In this document: positions 16,005-18,613 of the stretch, in pieces
Layout of the letters: each line of letters starts with the position of its first letter
Numbering within the stretch: the first letter of the stretch is position 1
NCBI GenBank assembly: GCA_043754515.1
Contig: JAYUUO010000023.1
Location: 1 to 18,613 of the forward strand
From: Armatimonadota bacterium
GTDB lineage: Bacteria; Armatimonadota; Armatimonadia; Armatimonadales; Armatimonadaceae
DNA length: 18,613 bases
Direction of reading: 5' to 3'
Translations under genes and position numbers: made by a program
Notes under the pieces: model-generated
Seen by the model: only the letters and a program-made list of their open reading frames with translations
Databases searched by the model: none
Told to the model about the DNA's origin: nothing

Positions 16005-17374
16005 GTATGCCAGCGACTAATTCACACGCTAACCATTGGGTAACTCCTCGCCTATTGCAGGTGGCAATCGCGGCGGTAGTCCTCGCCGCGCTGCTACTTT
16101 ACCTGGCGTCCTACTTCGGAGTTCGCGCGGCGCGAGACCGGATACAGAGCATTGGCAAGGATTCCGTGCCGAGCATTATCGCGGCCGAGAAACTAAAGGT
16201 TAGCCTCGCCGATCTGGACGCGAACGTCGTGAACGAACTGATCGTCGCGAGCGGCCAAAGTCCCGCGTCCATCAAAGGGTATGTGACGGATCGCCAGGAG
16301 ATCACCGACAGCCTGATACACGCCGCCGAGAATATCACCTACGGCGACCTGGAGCGCAAGCCGATTAAGGACCTGACGAACGCCCTTTCGGCGTACGAAC
16401 GGCTGGCGATTAAGGCGCGGACGCTCCACCAGCGCAAGGACGAGCGGGGTGCCATCGCGACCTACCGGGATGCGCTGACGCAGTTGCGCGGGTCGCTTTA
16501 CCCGGCGTGCGACGCGCTTGCGAAGGCGAATAACATCGCGATGCTCCGGAAAGAAGAATCACTTGGTGCCGCGACCGGTGCCACTTCGGCATTAACTCTG
16601 CTCACCGGCGTGCTACTGCTGGTGGTCCTGGCCGGGGCGCAACTGTTCCTTTTCCGCCGCACGAACCGCGTTTTGAACCTCCCGTTGCTCGCGGCGACCG
16701 GGCTTACTGTATTAGTGCTCGCCCTGCTCGCGCGGTCGTTCGCCGTGGCGAATGGGCAGGTGCGCGTCGCCCGCGACGACGCCTTCGCGTCGCTCGCCGC
16801 GCTGTGGCAGGCGCGTGCCGCCGCGTACGACGCCAACTCGGATGAAAGCCGCTGGCTTTATGACCCGGAACGCCGCCCGCAACTGGAGAAATCGTTCCTG
16901 GACAGCACGGCGTCGCTCCTGAAACTTCCTTCCGAGCAGTCCTACGCCACGGTGACGCGGGCGGCGGCAAGCCCGACCGCGCTCCCGTCCGGCACGACCG
17001 GGTTTCTAGCCAAAGAACTGGGCAACATCACCTTCCCCGGCGAGCGTAGCGCGGCGGAAGAGACCGTGCGGGCGTGGGGGGTGTATTACGAGACCGACGG
17101 CAAGATCCGCGCCCTGGAGAATAATGGCAGTCACGCGGAGGCGGTCCAGACCGACATCGGCGTCAAAGAGGGCGATTCTAACTGGGCGTTTTTGCGGTTC
17201 GACGCCGCGCTCGACAAGACCATCGGCATTAACCAGACGGCGTTCGACGCGGCGATAAAAGAGGGGATGGGCGCGGTGAGCGGGTATGACGCGGGGCTAC
17301 CGGTCGCGGCGTTGCTGATCGCCGGGCTAGCGTTCGCGGGCGTCCTGCCGCGACTGCGCGAGTACGACGTTTAG
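16001..17374 (+). CDS. GlnX-like four-TM membrane protein with two extracytoplasmic helical-bundle domains
   Basis: TPRLL before TM1, a helical domain (SLADLDAN), TM2-RRTNRVLNLPL-TM3, a second helical domain (DANSDES), TM4 and a C-terminal PRLREY. Start set at ATG 16001, which overlaps the FHA stop (ATGA). Confidence 0.78.
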   Translation: MSMPATNSHANHWVTPRLLQVAIAAVVLAALLLYLASYFGVRAARDRIQSIGKDSVPSIIAAEKLKVSLADLDANVVNELIVASGQSPASIKGYVTDRQEITDSLIHAAENITYGDLERKPIKDLTNALSAYERLAIKARTLHQRKDERGAIATYRDALTQLRGSLYPACDALAKANNIAMLRKEESLGAATGATSALTLLTGVLLLVVLAGAQLFLFRRTNRVLNLPLLAATGLTVLVLALLARSFAVANGQVRVARDDAFASLAALWQARAAAYDANSDESRWLYDPERRPQLEKSFLDSTASLLKLPSEQSYATVTRAAASPTALPSGTTGFLAKELGNITFPGERSAAEETVRAWGVYYETDGKIRALENNGSHAEAVQTDIGVKEGDSNWAFLRFDAALDKTIGINQTAFDAAIKEGMGAVSGYDAGLPVAALLIAGLAFAGVLPRLREYDV

Positions 17375-17413
17375 TTGGCGCGAACCCCGGCCCGAATAGG
17401 GTAGCATACAGAA

Positions 17414-17791
17414 ATGCCCGCGCCTCCTCAGCCCTCCCTCCGCCGTGAACTCGGCCTCGCGGGGGCGGTTCTGATCGGCGTAGGCGCGATGCTGGGCGCG
17501 GGGCTGTTTTGTGGCACAGTAGCGGCGTTGCTGGCCCGGTTCGGCTCGCTTCCGACGATCACGGCGACGGCGACGCTCGCGATATTGATCTACTACGCCG
17601 TCGCTAACCTGGCCGCACTGCGTCTCGCCCCCGAACAGAAGCGATACCCGCGCTTCGTCGCCTATATGGGCCTCGCGTTCTGTCTGTTACTCGCCGGAGC
17701 GGTGCCGGTACCGGTGATCGCGACCAGCTGTCTGCTACTCGGCGCAGGTCTCGTCGCGCGGGCGGCGTTGCGTCGCTTCCGCCGCCCGTGA
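17414..17791 (+). pseudogene. APC-family amino acid permease with a large in-frame internal deletion (125 aa left)
   Basis: The TM1 signature LRRELGL..AVLIGVGAMLGAGLF is joined near 17509 directly to C-terminal APC helices (TLAILIYYAVANLAALRL...GLAFCLLL). Full APC permeases are over 400 aa. Confidence 0.75.
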
Positions 17792-17797
17792 CTCGCC

Positions 17798-18613
17798 CTA
17801 GAAGTCGCCCCCGCCGCCGAAGTCGCCTCCCCCGAAATCACCGCCTCCCCCGCCGCCGAAGTCCGCGCCGGAATCCGCGAACCCGCCGCCCGCGTCCGAG
17901 CCGAACCCGCCGTCTGCCGACTGCTCGCCATATCCACCCTGGCCGAAGAAGTCGAAGCCGCCGCTGTGATCGGGCGTCGCGTCGAACTGCCCCGCGCCGT
18001 CCCCGCCCCCGAAGCCACCCCCGCCGTATCCGGGGTTGCCTTCTTGAATCACCGGCCCGTCGTACCCGCCGCCCCAGCCGCTGTAACCCGGCCCGTAGCC
18101 CCAGCCGCCCCAGCCGCCGTACCCGCCGAAGAAGCCACCCCCGTTGAACAGGTACGAAAAAAGCATCAGGTCAACGAACGTGCCCATACCGCCGCCCACC
18201 CCGTATCCGCCGTAGTAGTTGCGGTACGGGTCGTAGCCCTGGTACTCGTACCAGGGGATGTATTGGCCGCGCCCGTCGTCGAAGGCGCGCACAGCGGGAG
18301 TCTCGCCGCGCATGATTTGAGCCGCCTCCTCACGCGTCGCCATCACTGACCGCTTCTGTCCAACGATCACGATGCTCACCGGCACCAGCGCGCTCCTCGG
18401 CAGGGGTTGCCCGCTAAAGAACGACACCCCTCGCTCGTTCTGGGGGATGCTCTCGATCTCCGCCTGGAGCCGGTCAGCGTCAGACTTGCTATGAAGCTCC
18501 TCCAGGCGGCGGAACCGCTGTGCGCGGGTCGCCTCCGTAGACAGGTCGGGTATCTCAGGAATCGCCATCGCGACGCCCGTACCGCCTGTCGCGCGGTCAA
18601 TGCTCGCGCGGCA
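17798..18613 (-). CDS. Hypothetical protein with a Tyr/Gly-rich segment and GGDF low-complexity tail; 5'-truncated by the window edge
   Basis: The frame is open from 18613 (CRASIDRATGGTGVAMAI...). It contains PWYEYQGYDPYRNYY, a hydrophobic DLMLFSYLF and a tail GGDFGGGDFGGGGDF. Confidence 0.8.
   Translation of the reverse strand, partial: CRASIDRATGGTGVAMAIPEIPDLSTEATRAQRFRRLEELHSKSDADRLQAEIESIPQNERGVSFFSGQPLPRSALVPVSIVIVGQKRSVMATREEAAQIMRGETPAVRAFDDGRGQYIPWYEYQGYDPYRNYYGGYGVGGGMGTFVDLMLFSYLFNGGGFFGGYGGWGGWGYGPGYSGWGGGYDGPVIQEGNPGYGGGGFGGGDGAGQFDATPDHSGGFDFFGQGGYGEQSADGGFGSDAGGGFADSGADFGGGGGGDFGGGDFGGGGDF

Overview
GC-rich bacterial window, probably from a diderm (LPS genes present); an Armatimonadota-like host is only an impression from the gene mix. 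From left to right: (1) a lipid A cluster with an MsbA-like flippase, a DUF374/LpxJ-type acyltransferase and a convergent LpxQ-like outer-membrane barrel; (2) a stand-alone 2-oxoacid dehydrogenase E2 gene; (3) tRNA-Pro(TGG) and tRNA-Gly(TCC), then a nested inverted-repeat (REP/MITE-like) element; (4) a Fic-wHTH pseudogene with three lesions and a 6 x 11-bp repeat array over its promoter; (5) a GNAT and a TrkA/CeoBC-like pair; (6) a frameshifted DUF433 antitoxin; (7) an intact, tightly coupled six-gene phospho-signalling operon (helical protein, PknG-like kinase, PP2C, vWA, FHA, GlnX-like membrane sensor) rich in Zn-ribbons and lacking the usual GlnH ligand-binding protein; (8) an internally deleted APC permease and the 3' part of a Gly-tailed protein. 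The six-gene operon is the best candidate for an uncharacterised system. All family calls rest on motif recognition from memory; no searches were run.
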